A stretch of 64,000 bases of DNA from an uncultured Leptolinea sp. (GCA_964476915.1 CAYZCO010000001.1:4253-68252), one strand, 5' to 3'. Counted from the stretch's first letter, positions 43,685 through 52,986 are shown. Made by a program: numbers and translations. The notes: generated by a model not told the origin, from the letters alone.

Positions 43685-44265
43685 GGATTACCTCCAAAAA
43701 AATTAGCTAGTTTTTGGGTTGGTCCGCCAAGTGACCAGAAAAAGCGGACTACCCCGATGGACAAGACTACATCTCCAAGGCTGAAGGCAAACCGGGTGGG
43801 GAGGATATTGGGGGTGATAAAAATATCTGAGAAGAACCAGAACCGGGTTTGCCAGAGCGGCAGAACCACATCCTTGGTGAATCTGTATCTCTCTTCGATT
43901 TGCCAGGCTCCTGGACCGGGATCGCCAAGGATCTCCGGGCGGATGGGCATCAGTCCGCCATTGAGACTGATCACAAGCAGGTTAAGCATGAGACCAATAC
44001 TCATTATGACAAAGCCCGGCTGCCTGATATTGACCAGGCAAAAGAGGAACAGTGCCATCAAGCTGCTGACTAAAATAATTGACGCCCATGTGTCAGGTAC
44101 ATGGGCGCTGGTCGTAGGGATAAAAAAGACAAGAATCTGCGGCAGAATGGCTGCTATGATTAACCATTCAAGTTTCAGCCTGACCGGTTGAAAACTGCGC
44201 TTGCTTAATTTTGCCCTTACGAATCCAGCCAACAGCCCGATGATGACAGCAGCGAGCAGAATCAC
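43681..44265 (-). CDS. Integral membrane protein of unknown function (194 aa; GTG start)
   Basis: 5-6 predicted TM helices. Gene order sORF - this gene - NHLP-like gene, tightly packed. Confidence 0.4.
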   Translation of the reverse strand: MILLAAVIIGLLAGFVRAKLSKRSFQPVRLKLEWLIIAAILPQILVFFIPTTSAHVPDTWASIILVSSLMALFLFCLVNIRQPGFVIMSIGLMLNLLVISLNGGLMPIRPEILGDPGPGAWQIEERYRFTKDVVLPLWQTRFWFFSDIFITPNILPTRFAFSLGDVVLSIGVVRFFWSLGGPTQKLANFFGGNP

Positions 44266-44283
44266 CGGATGTAAAGGTTCTGA

Positions 44284-44442
44284 TTACCAGAGAGGAAGTA
44301 GGCTTACAGAGTTGGCCGAATTACCACCAATACCACCAATGGCGGCAGGGGCGCCGGCGCCGATGATAAACATGGCGACTACGACGATGAGGATGACGAG
44401 CCGGATCTGATCCAGGGTTGGTTTCACAAAGAATTTTTTCAT
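44284..44442 (-). CDS. 52-aa hydrophobic Gly-rich small protein (not in ORF track)
   Basis: GGAGG RBS 6 nt upstream of ATG at 44442. MKKFFVKPTLDQIRLVILIVVVAMFIIGAGAPAAIGGIGGNSANSVSLLPLW*. Confidence 0.35.
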   Translation of the reverse strand: MKKFFVKPTLDQIRLVILIVVVAMFIIGAGAPAAIGGIGGNSANSVSLLPLW

Positions 44443-44650
44443 GTTTGCCTCCGTTTGATAAAAGTCTTTTCTTATTATCTGAAACCTGGTATCAGAACAG
44501 GCATTAAAACGGTCTCAAAATAAACCAATTTCTAATCAAACGGTATCTTATTTATAATCACTTTTAGTAATAAATCAATACCTTAATTCCAGATATCCCT
44601 GCATTTCAAATGGGTATTAAGTATAACTCGATTCTGTGGATTTTAATCGG

Positions 44651-47600
44651 TCATTTAAGCAGTGACTGGTACAGATTCTGGGTTTGCGGTGAAGGCGCTA
44701 CCCCAATCTCATCAGCAAGGTACTGTACACAGCGCTCAAACTGGCGGGCAACCATGGCTGTGTTGCCCATAGCGGCATGCACCCGCATGGAAATACGGTA
44801 AGCCTCTTCAAGACTGGGGTCTTCGTTAAGAATGCGCATACATTCATCCAGGGCAAGCTGGTATTTCTTTTGTTGCATGTATATTTCGGCCAGCTGCAAT
44901 GTGGCATCCTGGTAAACCTGGCGGAGATGCTCCCTTTCAGGGATCACCCAGGTGTCTTCCAGTTCAGGCAGGTAGGGACCTCGGTAGATATTGACCGCAA
45001 GATTCAGGTAATTCACTTTAAATTCCGGGTCATCGGTCAATTCAACCTGTTCGATTGCTTTGTTGAAATTCTCAACATCATATTCATAATCCAGTTTGTC
45101 ATTGAAGCGGTAGTAATCATCCTGCAAAAGGATGGTGTCCTTGCCGGTCGCTTTGCGAACGCGGTAAACCGTATTTTTGAACCTGAAGCGCACATCCTCA
45201 GGCGACGCATCCGGCCAGAAGATCAGCCCGATGTACTCCTTGGTTAACCCTTCGGGGTGGATAAGGAGCAAGAAAAACAGGTCGCGTGCATTCTGGGTTT
45301 GCCAGAGGGCATTGGTGATCACCTTGCCGTTAACCTTTACCTGCATTCTACCCAGGGTGCGGATGGTCAGTTTAGCTGGTGCAAATGGCACTGTGCTGGC
45401 TTTCTCACGAATCCTGCGACGCAAGGTTGGCAGACGGTTCTGGAAGGCTTCCACCAGTACGCGCATCCGTTCCAGCGGGCTGAACAACTCATTCAGTTTA
45501 GGTACTACTTCAAACAATCCCGAAAGCTGGCTTGCTACCCATACCAGAGGAGTGAGGTTCTCTACAGCTCCTATCTGCTTGATCAAGGCCTTGGCTTCAG
45601 CCTTCCGGTTCAGAAAGCATTTGGACGCCATCAGCAAGTACCGGGCACGGTCAGCCTGGACAGCATATCCGTTCTTTTCAAAGGATTCCAGGCAATCTGC
45701 CAGGATCTCCACAGCTTCTGCGTATTGTTTCTGGTGGATCATGATAAACGCTTTTTCATACTGGCAGAGCGAGATCTCATAAGCTGCCTGCATATCGCGG
45801 GCTGCTTGTTCGGCTTCTGCCAGCTGCGCCAGCGCAAGGGTGAAATGGTGGTTGAGCGAGGTGATCACGGCCTGCGCAATATGAATGTAGACAATGAGAT
45901 ACTTTTCTTCGATCCGCTGCGCAATATCCAGTGCTTTGTTGTACACCTCACCCGCCTCATCAATTGCATCCAGGTCGCGGTAGATGTCACCAATGCCAGT
46001 TAGGGCAAAAGCTTCCAGGCGCTGGTAACCGCTCAGGCGGGCATGCTGCATGGCTTTTTCAAGCGTTGATGTTGCCACTTCGTAGTTGCCCATGAGGTGC
46101 TGAAGCACTCCCAGATTATTAAGCACGTTGGCCTGCCAGACGGAGTTATGGGTATCGCGCCAGAAAGCCAGTGCGCCTTCATACAGGTTTTCTGCCTGGC
46201 TGTAATTGCCCAGGGCTTCATGGATGACACCAGCTTCCAGGCTGACGACCGCTTCGTTCTTCTCATCCTTGATCGATTTATAGATCTCGACCGAATTTTG
46301 CAGCCAGGGCAGTGCTTCTGCGGCATTTCCCTGTTGATACAGGCTTACGCCGATCGAGCGCATAGCATCTGCTTCCAAACTGCGCAGGATCAGGTCGCCC
46401 TTTACAAGGGAAAGGGTCTGCTTCCCGTCATCCATAGCAGCAGTGTGATTCCCTACCATCCGGTAGGCGGCAGACCGGCGGCTTAATGTACGCGCCATTG
46501 CCTCACGGTCGTCGGGGAGCTTCATGGCAGAGAGTGCCTGGTTGAACAGGACGATCCCCTGCCTGGTATCGCCTTTCATGACGGCCACGTTACCCTGCAG
46601 CGATACCAGTTCAGGTCTTTTGGCAATGGTTTCGATCGGCATCTCATCCAGCCATTCAGCCAGGGTAGCAAGGCGGCCGCCAACGGTGAGGGACGGCCCC
46701 GCTTTCTCGATCAGGTTTGCAAGATCCTCGGTGTAATTTAATCGCCGGTAAATTGTATAAGCTTGCTCCCATTCCCCTTTTTTCTGGGCGATGAGGGCTA
46801 TCTGCAGCCAGATTTTTTCGCTTTCAAGCGGGCGTTCACGTGCCATGGTCGCCTGCAGGAAATCGCGGAACAAGTGATGGTAGCGCAGCCAGGTTCCGTC
46901 CTCACCGACCGGTAGGACGAACAGGTTATAGCGCAAGGCCAGCGCCATCAGGTTTTCCCATTCCACATCGTAAATGTCAAGTGGCAGACCGATGGCATCC
47001 TGGCACAGGCTAGCGTCAAACTCCTCCAACAGTGAACTGCGCAGCAGGAATTCCTGCACCGGCTTAGGGTTTTGCACCAGCAGCTGCTGGAAATACTCAT
47101 TTAATCCAATTCCGGCAGTCCGGCGGGATAATGAAGCGATATCTACTTCTGCGCTGGGGTTCTGGGCGGTTAACAACAGCCCTGTAATCCAGCCTTCAGT
47201 TTGGGCTGCCAGCTGCTCTGCTTTTATGTCGTCCAGCGATTGCTGGTAAACCAGTTTGTACAGGCCTTTGATCTCAGGCAGGCTGAAGGCAAGCTCTTCG
47301 AAGCTTAAACCGCCTGCCTGCGAGCGGGCAACCATCAACGGCAGGTCCGGCAGGGAAAGCAGGGTGCGGGAGGCGAAAATGACATGGCAGTTCTCATCCA
47401 CATCCTGGACAAAGCGGCTGATAAAATGGTTGACTTGATCGCTCTGGTCCACCAGGTGATAATCATCCAGGACGATCAGGAAATGTTCATTGATGTGGTC
47501 GTAGGCATCATTGACGATGGCTGAAACCAGGTAATCAAGGTCCGGCTTAACCTGGGCGCTGCTGCTCAGGGCTTCGAAAGATGCCTTCCCGAATGCCGGA

Positions 47601-47875
47601 AATTGCTGCTGGATGGTTGTGATCAGGTAGGTGATGAAGCGGAGCGGATCCTGGTCCAGCGGGTCAATCGCATACCAGCAAACCGGGATCTTTAAACGGC
47701 TGGCAAAATCCACCAGCAGTGATGTTTTCCCATACCCGGCCGGGGCAGAGACAAGGATGATCTTTTTCTCCAGCAGGGTGTCGAGTATATCCAGCAGGCG
47801 CGGCCGCGAAAGGAAGTCGTTCCTGACACGGGGAACGATGATGCGGGTGCGGGTAACGGGAATTTCCAGGTTCAT
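44651..47875 (-). CDS. MalT-like STAND NTPase / TPR transcriptional regulator with C-terminal SARP (OmpR-type wHTH + BTAD) domain
   Basis: 1074 aa. N-terminus PVTRTRIIVPRVR...RPRLLDIL...ILVSAPAGYGKTSLL (MalT/AfsR-type P-loop). Central TPR array. C-terminal TIRTLGRMQVKVNGKVI...ARDLFFLLL...YRGPYLPE... matches the SARP DNA-binding/BTAD layout. Confidence 0.7.
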   Translation of the reverse strand: MNLEIPVTRTRIIVPRVRNDFLSRPRLLDILDTLLEKKIILVSAPAGYGKTSLLVDFASRLKIPVCWYAIDPLDQDPLRFITYLITTIQQQFPAFGKASFEALSSSAQVKPDLDYLVSAIVNDAYDHINEHFLIVLDDYHLVDQSDQVNHFISRFVQDVDENCHVIFASRTLLSLPDLPLMVARSQAGGLSFEELAFSLPEIKGLYKLVYQQSLDDIKAEQLAAQTEGWITGLLLTAQNPSAEVDIASLSRRTAGIGLNEYFQQLLVQNPKPVQEFLLRSSLLEEFDASLCQDAIGLPLDIYDVEWENLMALALRYNLFVLPVGEDGTWLRYHHLFRDFLQATMARERPLESEKIWLQIALIAQKKGEWEQAYTIYRRLNYTEDLANLIEKAGPSLTVGGRLATLAEWLDEMPIETIAKRPELVSLQGNVAVMKGDTRQGIVLFNQALSAMKLPDDREAMARTLSRRSAAYRMVGNHTAAMDDGKQTLSLVKGDLILRSLEADAMRSIGVSLYQQGNAAEALPWLQNSVEIYKSIKDEKNEAVVSLEAGVIHEALGNYSQAENLYEGALAFWRDTHNSVWQANVLNNLGVLQHLMGNYEVATSTLEKAMQHARLSGYQRLEAFALTGIGDIYRDLDAIDEAGEVYNKALDIAQRIEEKYLIVYIHIAQAVITSLNHHFTLALAQLAEAEQAARDMQAAYEISLCQYEKAFIMIHQKQYAEAVEILADCLESFEKNGYAVQADRARYLLMASKCFLNRKAEAKALIKQIGAVENLTPLVWVASQLSGLFEVVPKLNELFSPLERMRVLVEAFQNRLPTLRRRIREKASTVPFAPAKLTIRTLGRMQVKVNGKVITNALWQTQNARDLFFLLLIHPEGLTKEYIGLIFWPDASPEDVRFRFKNTVYRVRKATGKDTILLQDDYYRFNDKLDYEYDVENFNKAIEQVELTDDPEFKVNYLNLAVNIYRGPYLPELEDTWVIPEREHLRQVYQDATLQLAEIYMQQKKYQLALDECMRILNEDPSLEEAYRISMRVHAAMGNTAMVARQFERCVQYLADEIGVAPSPQTQNLYQSLLK

Positions 47876-48153
47876 TCTGCCAGGTTTTCCAGGTAATTAC
47901 AGCAGGCAGGTTGTTTCCCTGCATAAAATGCTGTCTTTTCTTTTTCGTTCTGGCCAGGTATGCAAATACAGGGGTCAACCAGGTTTCTTACCCCTGACCA
48001 ACAACGTGCCAGCCTGTCCCCATCACAGCGTAATGGGTTTCTAGTACAATTATTATAGTACAGCCGCCTGCATTAGGGCATGGCTTTTCAGTTAACCAAT
48101 GTGATAGGACATTACCCAGCTACTGGCATCCTTCTTGCCTGAAACCCGAAACA

Positions 48154-50055
48154 ATGAATGACCTGACACGCAGTGCCGCAATTCATCTATACCAGAAGGG
48201 CAGGATCGATGAAGCCCGCCAGGTGCTCTTGGAGTGCATCCGCAAGGATCCGCAGGATGTGCCTTCCTGGATGTGGCTGGTGGCGACGATTGAAGATCCG
48301 GACGAGCGCATCGCGACCCTCCGGCTCTGCTTGAAAGCCAATCCAGATAATGCGGAAGTAAGGCAAGCCCTGGTATTGCTTGCAGCACAGAAGAACGCCC
48401 CTGAAGCAAATACCGATACCCCGCTTTCAAACCAGACGCAGTCTAACGAAATGCTGGATGGTCAATCCACCGAGCCGGATAATACCCTGCCGTATGGCTG
48501 GATCAGGGAGATGCAGAAAGAAGCTGTACAGGAAACTGGCGAAAGTGAAGTTGCAGGAACAGAGCCGGTTTCCATTCCGGAAACTCGCCAGGAGGGAGTG
48601 AAAAGCCAGCCTGTTGAACCCGGTCCGGAAATTTTGCCTGGAGAAACTCATCAGTCAGAAATCCCGTCTGCGCCGGCAGGCAGCCATCCTGTTGAACAGC
48701 TGCCAAAGCCTGGGAAAAAGAAGCCAATCTTTGGTTTTATCTTTAAAGTCATAGCCATCCTGGTTATGCTGGTCATCCTCTTTTCACTGGTATTTGTGGT
48801 CTGGTGGGTGGGCAGCGGGCACACCACCCGCGAGTTGGTGATTAGCCTGGCTCCTGCAGCGGTAGAACTCGATACACCTGTCGTGGAGATTGCATCCACG
48901 CCAGTCCCGACTGTTCAGCCCACATTCCCTGCAACCTACACTCCTGTGCCTACTTCAGCACCCACAGCAACGCCTGCGCCAACCTCTGACCCAGCCCTGG
49001 TAATGATGATACCGGATGGCATGCAGTCAGGTGGCCAGGAAAATTTGCCAGCCGCTGTTTCCTCAGGCAGCCTCCTGGCTTTTCAGACTGCCAGCCAGCA
49101 GCTCCGGGTCATCCGTCTGGATTCGGGTGAAGCGCTTTTCGAGGCTGGCATTTCTGCCAGGATGCTTGCGGTAACCTTCAGCAGCGATGGTAAACGCCTG
49201 GCAGTGGTTGATGAGGCAGGCATCGTAACCATCTGGGGGACGGAAAAATGGCAGGAGGAAGGTGAAGCCCAATTATTATCCGATACCGGTACGGTTACGT
49301 CCGTCCAGCTCGCTTTCACACCGGACGGGTATGGACTGCTGGCAGGGTATTGCCCGGAGCTGGATGGGGTTTGTACAGGAACTTCCGCAGTGGTCATGCT
49401 CAATGTGCCGGGCGGCAAACAGCGTTATTCCCTGGCCGGGGTCAACCGCTTTGCTTCCGGTTCGGGTGACCTGATGGCCGTCTGGCAGGCAGGAAAAGCA
49501 CAGAACCTTCTGAAGCTGGTGTCTCAATTCTCAGGGGGTACCATCCGCTACCTGCAGCTTCCTGCTGCAGCCCAGCAGGAAGGCTTCAGTACTGCAGGAA
49601 TATCTCCGGGTACTTCTGTGGCGGCCGGTGTGACAGAACAGGGCAGCATTGCAGTTTGGGATGGGCTGACGGGAAAACTGCTGGCGGCCTGGCAGGGCGG
49701 GGTCCGAAATGCAGACCAGGTGATCTTTGGACCTGACGGTTCCCAGATCCTGGTCAGTAACTCCCGTTCTGCTGCCCAGGTGTGGGAATACAAAACCCAG
49801 ATGCTGGTAAGCGATTTCAACCTCTACGCAGATTATGGCACCTTCTTCCTGGATTCTGACGGCGCATTCCGTTGTGTACGCGCAGTCACCCCGGTAATTG
49901 AGCTGTGGGATGTCACAGGATTGCAGCCACTCGAGAGTTTTTCGTGGGGCGAACGTAAAGTGATCAGGGCTGTTCCTTTGCTGCTGAACCACCAGATCCT
50001 CACATTCTCCAGTGCGGGGGAGATCTCCCTCTGGAACAGCGGGCAGATCCGCTGA
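48154..50055 (+). CDS. TPR-like / single TM / Pro-Thr-Ala linker / WD40-type beta-propeller protein (633 aa)
   Basis: N-terminal TPR-like helices. TM helix IFGFIFKVIAILVMLVILFSLVFVVWWV. Low-complexity TPVPT linker. C-terminal repeats with ...WD/WE... beta-propeller blades. Confidence 0.5.
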   Translation: MNDLTRSAAIHLYQKGRIDEARQVLLECIRKDPQDVPSWMWLVATIEDPDERIATLRLCLKANPDNAEVRQALVLLAAQKNAPEANTDTPLSNQTQSNEMLDGQSTEPDNTLPYGWIREMQKEAVQETGESEVAGTEPVSIPETRQEGVKSQPVEPGPEILPGETHQSEIPSAPAGSHPVEQLPKPGKKKPIFGFIFKVIAILVMLVILFSLVFVVWWVGSGHTTRELVISLAPAAVELDTPVVEIASTPVPTVQPTFPATYTPVPTSAPTATPAPTSDPALVMMIPDGMQSGGQENLPAAVSSGSLLAFQTASQQLRVIRLDSGEALFEAGISARMLAVTFSSDGKRLAVVDEAGIVTIWGTEKWQEEGEAQLLSDTGTVTSVQLAFTPDGYGLLAGYCPELDGVCTGTSAVVMLNVPGGKQRYSLAGVNRFASGSGDLMAVWQAGKAQNLLKLVSQFSGGTIRYLQLPAAAQQEGFSTAGISPGTSVAAGVTEQGSIAVWDGLTGKLLAAWQGGVRNADQVIFGPDGSQILVSNSRSAAQVWEYKTQMLVSDFNLYADYGTFFLDSDGAFRCVRAVTPVIELWDVTGLQPLESFSWGERKVIRAVPLLLNHQILTFSSAGEISLWNSGQIR

Positions 50056-50235
50056 GACCGGGCGGTTTTTTCATCTTGCATTAACCTAACAGGTATGATA
50101 TGATATTGGCAATCAAAGGGGTAGGAATACCCGTCATCTACCTAAATCGCTCCAATTGGAGTGGTTTTCTTTCTTTTAACACAGTACAAATAATACCTGC
50201 TGTAGAAAAATTATCTTGTCTCAAGGAATAATAAG

Positions 50236-50700
50236 ATGCCAGTTACATTCTTAACCAGTGAAGGACACCGCAAGCTGCAAGAGGAGCTCGAATACCTGCG
50301 CACAACCAAGCGGCAGGAAATCGCTGAGCGGCTGCATGAAGCCATGGAAGGCGGAGAGCTGATCGAGAATGCAGAGTATGAGGCAGCGAAAAATGAGCAG
50401 GCATTCGTCGAAGGCCGCATAAAAGAGCTCGAGATTATCTTGGCGACAGCACGGGTGATTGATGAGTCCCATGTAGCCCGCGATGTCATCCAGGTTGGTT
50501 CGAAAGTTACCATCCAGGAAGAGGGCATGGAGCCTGAATCTTATACGATCGTGGGCGCGGCTGAAGCAGATCCCCAGTCTGGTTTGATCTCCAATGAATC
50601 GCCAATCGGGCGTGCGCTTTTGAACCACAAAGTCGGGGATACCGTCCAGGTGGATGCCCCTGCTGGTTCGTTCGTGGTACAGGTGTTGAAGGTAGACTAA
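50236..50700 (+). CDS. greA: Transcription elongation factor GreA
   Basis: 154 aa. N-terminal coiled coil with the LTxEGxxKLxxELxxL signature; C-terminal FKBP-like domain. Confidence 0.9.
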   Translation: MPVTFLTSEGHRKLQEELEYLRTTKRQEIAERLHEAMEGGELIENAEYEAAKNEQAFVEGRIKELEIILATARVIDESHVARDVIQVGSKVTIQEEGMEPESYTIVGAAEADPQSGLISNESPIGRALLNHKVGDTVQVDAPAGSFVVQVLKVD

Positions 50701-50703
50701 TTT

Positions 50704-50756
50704 CGGGGCAAAAATCTCAGCCCCGCCCGATCCATTCTGGGCGGGGCAGTTTTTTA
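50704..50756 (+). terminator. greA intrinsic terminator with an overlapping alternative upstream hairpin
   Basis: CGGGGC(50704-09)...GCCCCG(50720-25) hairpin shares its 3' arm with the terminator GCCCCGCCC(50720-28)...GGGCGGGGC(50739-47) followed by TTTTTT. Confidence 0.6.
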
Positions 50757-50769
50757 AAAAAGGAAGCTT

Positions 50770-52287
50770 ATGGAACTAACCGATCTAGAAAAAATCCGGG
50801 TGGAAAAAGTAAACCGGCTGCGTGAAAGGGGAATCGAACCTTACCCGACCCGTGCAAACCCGACCCACACCATGCAGGAGGCGCTTGACCTGCTCGAAGC
50901 GGCAGAGAAGGCGGACGAAGCCCTGCCTGAAGGTATCACCCTGGCAGGCCGCATCCGGGCAATGCGCCCGATGGGCAAGCTGACCTTTGCCCAGGTGGAA
51001 GACGGGACCGGGCGGCTGCAGTTCTTCTTCCGCATCAATGAGGTTGGTGAAGAGAACCTTGCGCAGTTGAGCAGCGAGTATGACCTGGGTGATTTCATCG
51101 AAGGCACGGGCAACCTGATGCGCACGCGCACCGGCGAGCCGACCCTGCAGGTACTTTCCTTCCGCATGCTGGCGAAGGCCATTTCGCCACTGCCGGCAGC
51201 CAAAGATGAGGTGGTAGACGGAAAAATTATCCACCATGCCGGCCTGACTGACCCGGAGACCCGCTACCGCCAGCGGTATGCTGACCTGGTTGTTAACCCG
51301 GAGGTGCGCAAAGTATTCACCACCCGGGCGGCGGTGGTCAAAACGCTGCGCAATTTCCTGGATGACCACGGCTTCGTCGAGGTGGAAACACCCATCCTGC
51401 AGCCTATCTACGGCGGAGCGGCTGCACGGCCTTTCACCACTTTCCATAACCAGCTCAAACAGAACCTGTACCTGCGTATCTCGTTTGAGCTTTACCTCAA
51501 ACGCCTGCTGGTGGGTATGGTGGACCGGGTGTACGAGATCGGGCGCGATTTCCGCAACGAGGGCGTATCTTTCAAGCACAATCCCGAATTTACCCAGCTG
51601 GAATTCTACTGGGCGTATGCCGATTACTTTAAAGTAATGGAATTGACTGAACAAATGGTGGTAGAGGTATGCGATAAGGTGCTGGGCACCCGCAAGGTCA
51701 TGTACAACGGTGAGGAGCTTGACTTCAACCCGCCCTGGAGGCGGATCGAAATGCGCCAGGGGATTCTTGAAATCACAGGCGTGGATATTTACGAGCATCC
51801 GACAGCAGAAAGCCTTTCCGCAGCGCTCTTTAAGAAGGGGATCGAGCATAACCCCAACCTGACGCGCGGCAAGATGATTGAGGGGCTGACGAGCGATTAC
51901 CTCGAGCCGACCTTTATCCAGCCTACCTTCATGTACGATTACCCGCGCGATATCTCCCCGCTGGCAAAGAGCAAACCGGGCGACCCCAATACGGTGGAAC
52001 GGTTTGAGGGGTTTGTGGGCGGGATGGAACTGTGCAATGCCTTCACTGAATTGAACGACCCCTTCGACCAGGAAAGCCGATTCCTGGAAATGGGGCGGGC
52101 TTATGAGAAGGAAGATGAAGAGCGCCACCCGATGGATGAGGATTACCTGCGGGCAATGGCGTACGGCATGCCGCCAAACGGCGGTTTCGGGATGGGGGTG
52201 GACCGGCTGATGATGGTGCTGACCGATAACCGCACCATCCGCGAGGTCATCCTGTTCCCTCACCTGCGGGAACGTGAAGAAGAATAA
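50770..52287 (+). CDS. lysS: Lysyl-tRNA synthetase (class II)
   Basis: 505 aa. N-terminal OB anticodon-binding domain; class II motifs 1-3 (...FRNEG..., ...GGMELCNAFTELNDP..., ...GMGVDRLMMVL...). Confidence 0.92.
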   Translation: MELTDLEKIRVEKVNRLRERGIEPYPTRANPTHTMQEALDLLEAAEKADEALPEGITLAGRIRAMRPMGKLTFAQVEDGTGRLQFFFRINEVGEENLAQLSSEYDLGDFIEGTGNLMRTRTGEPTLQVLSFRMLAKAISPLPAAKDEVVDGKIIHHAGLTDPETRYRQRYADLVVNPEVRKVFTTRAAVVKTLRNFLDDHGFVEVETPILQPIYGGAAARPFTTFHNQLKQNLYLRISFELYLKRLLVGMVDRVYEIGRDFRNEGVSFKHNPEFTQLEFYWAYADYFKVMELTEQMVVEVCDKVLGTRKVMYNGEELDFNPPWRRIEMRQGILEITGVDIYEHPTAESLSAALFKKGIEHNPNLTRGKMIEGLTSDYLEPTFIQPTFMYDYPRDISPLAKSKPGDPNTVERFEGFVGGMELCNAFTELNDPFDQESRFLEMGRAYEKEDEERHPMDEDYLRAMAYGMPPNGGFGMGVDRLMMVLTDNRTIREVILFPHLREREEE

Positions 52288-52292
52288 TTAAA

Positions 52293-52320
52293 CAGGCACC
52301 CGCAAGGGTGCCTGTCCTTT
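52293..52320. terminator. Intrinsic terminator after lysS, abutting the 3' end of tRNA-Arg on the other strand
   Basis: CAGGCACCC-GCAA-GGGTGCCTG + TCCTTTTG. Confidence 0.7.
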
Positions 52321-52322
52321 TG

Positions 52323-52395
52323 TGCCCCAGGAGGGAATCGAACCCCCAACCTAAGCGTTAGGAGTGCTTCGCTCTGTCCATTGAGCTACTGGGGC
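52323..52395 (-). tRNA. tRNA-Arg (anticodon CCU)
   Basis: Manual fold of the reverse complement: GCCCCAG-TA-GCTC-AATGGACA-GAGC-G-AAGCA-CTCCTAA-CGCTT-AGGTT-GGGGG-TTCGATT-CCCTC-CTGGGGC-A. 7-bp acceptor, G18G19, T-loop TTCGATT, anticodon loop C-U-CCU-A-A. One A31-C39 mismatch in the anticodon stem. CCA not encoded. Confidence 0.75.
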
Positions 52396-52775
52396 ATGCC
52401 CTGATTATAACCAAGCATAGGGGTGGGGGCAAGAGGGTGAGAGAATTAAATAAAACATGAGCCGTCTCCCGTTTCGGAAAATGTGCCTTAAATCTAATCC
52501 TGCCAGAGTGCAGGCACCGCCTGGAATTGCGGTTACTCAAAGGCAAGAGGTTGTGTGAACCTCTATCCGTACGTGCCTTGTGCACGTCGTCCGATCTCAA
52601 ATCTTGTAACCAATTTTCGATCTGGAAAGGACGAGACAACGGCTCATGCTAAATCAATAGTAGCAAATTTGCGGGCTGATTACAATAGAACATTTCCTTA
52701 AATCGGGGGAGCGGGATGGGTTACGGGCATCGTGCTTGACACCGTTTTTAGTACAGAATATAATACTTTTCGCTT

Positions 52776-52847
52776 GCGGGAGTCGCCAAGTGGTAAGGCA
52801 TCAGCCTTCCAAGCTGACATTCGCGGGTCCGAATCCCGTCTCCCGCT
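52776..52847 (+). tRNA. tRNA-Gly (anticodon UCC)
   Basis: GCGGGAG-TC-GCC-AAGTGGTAA-GGC-A-TCAGC-CTTCCAA-GCTGA-CATTC-GCGGG-TCCGAAT-CCCGT-CTCCCGC-T. Perfect acceptor and anticodon stems, anticodon loop CU-UCC-AA, discriminator U typical of tRNA-Gly. CCA not encoded. Confidence 0.8.
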
Positions 52848-52986
52848 CTATTATCAAGAACCTCCAGTGGAAACCTGGAGGTTCTTTGTATAACCTTCTA
52901 CAAACCCTGTACCACTTGACAGCCTGTGCTATAATTTTATAAGATAAATATGATAAATAATATCTTGAAAATACAAGGAGGAAATA

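Noticed and set aside
50785-52263. 492-aa minus-strand ORF
   Set aside because: Antisense to lysS, whose class II aaRS motifs are unambiguous. Long antisense ORFs are expected in high-GC DNA. The same reasoning applies to 3058..3840(-), 7667..8251(-), 12453..13154(-), 15768..16331(-), 19860..20525(-), 37616..38212(-), 45257..46003(+), 53846..54394(-) and 59630..60232(-).
52358-52639. 93-aa minus-strand ORF between the tRNAs
   Set aside because: Overlaps the tRNA-Arg gene and its flanks. No RBS and not protein-like.
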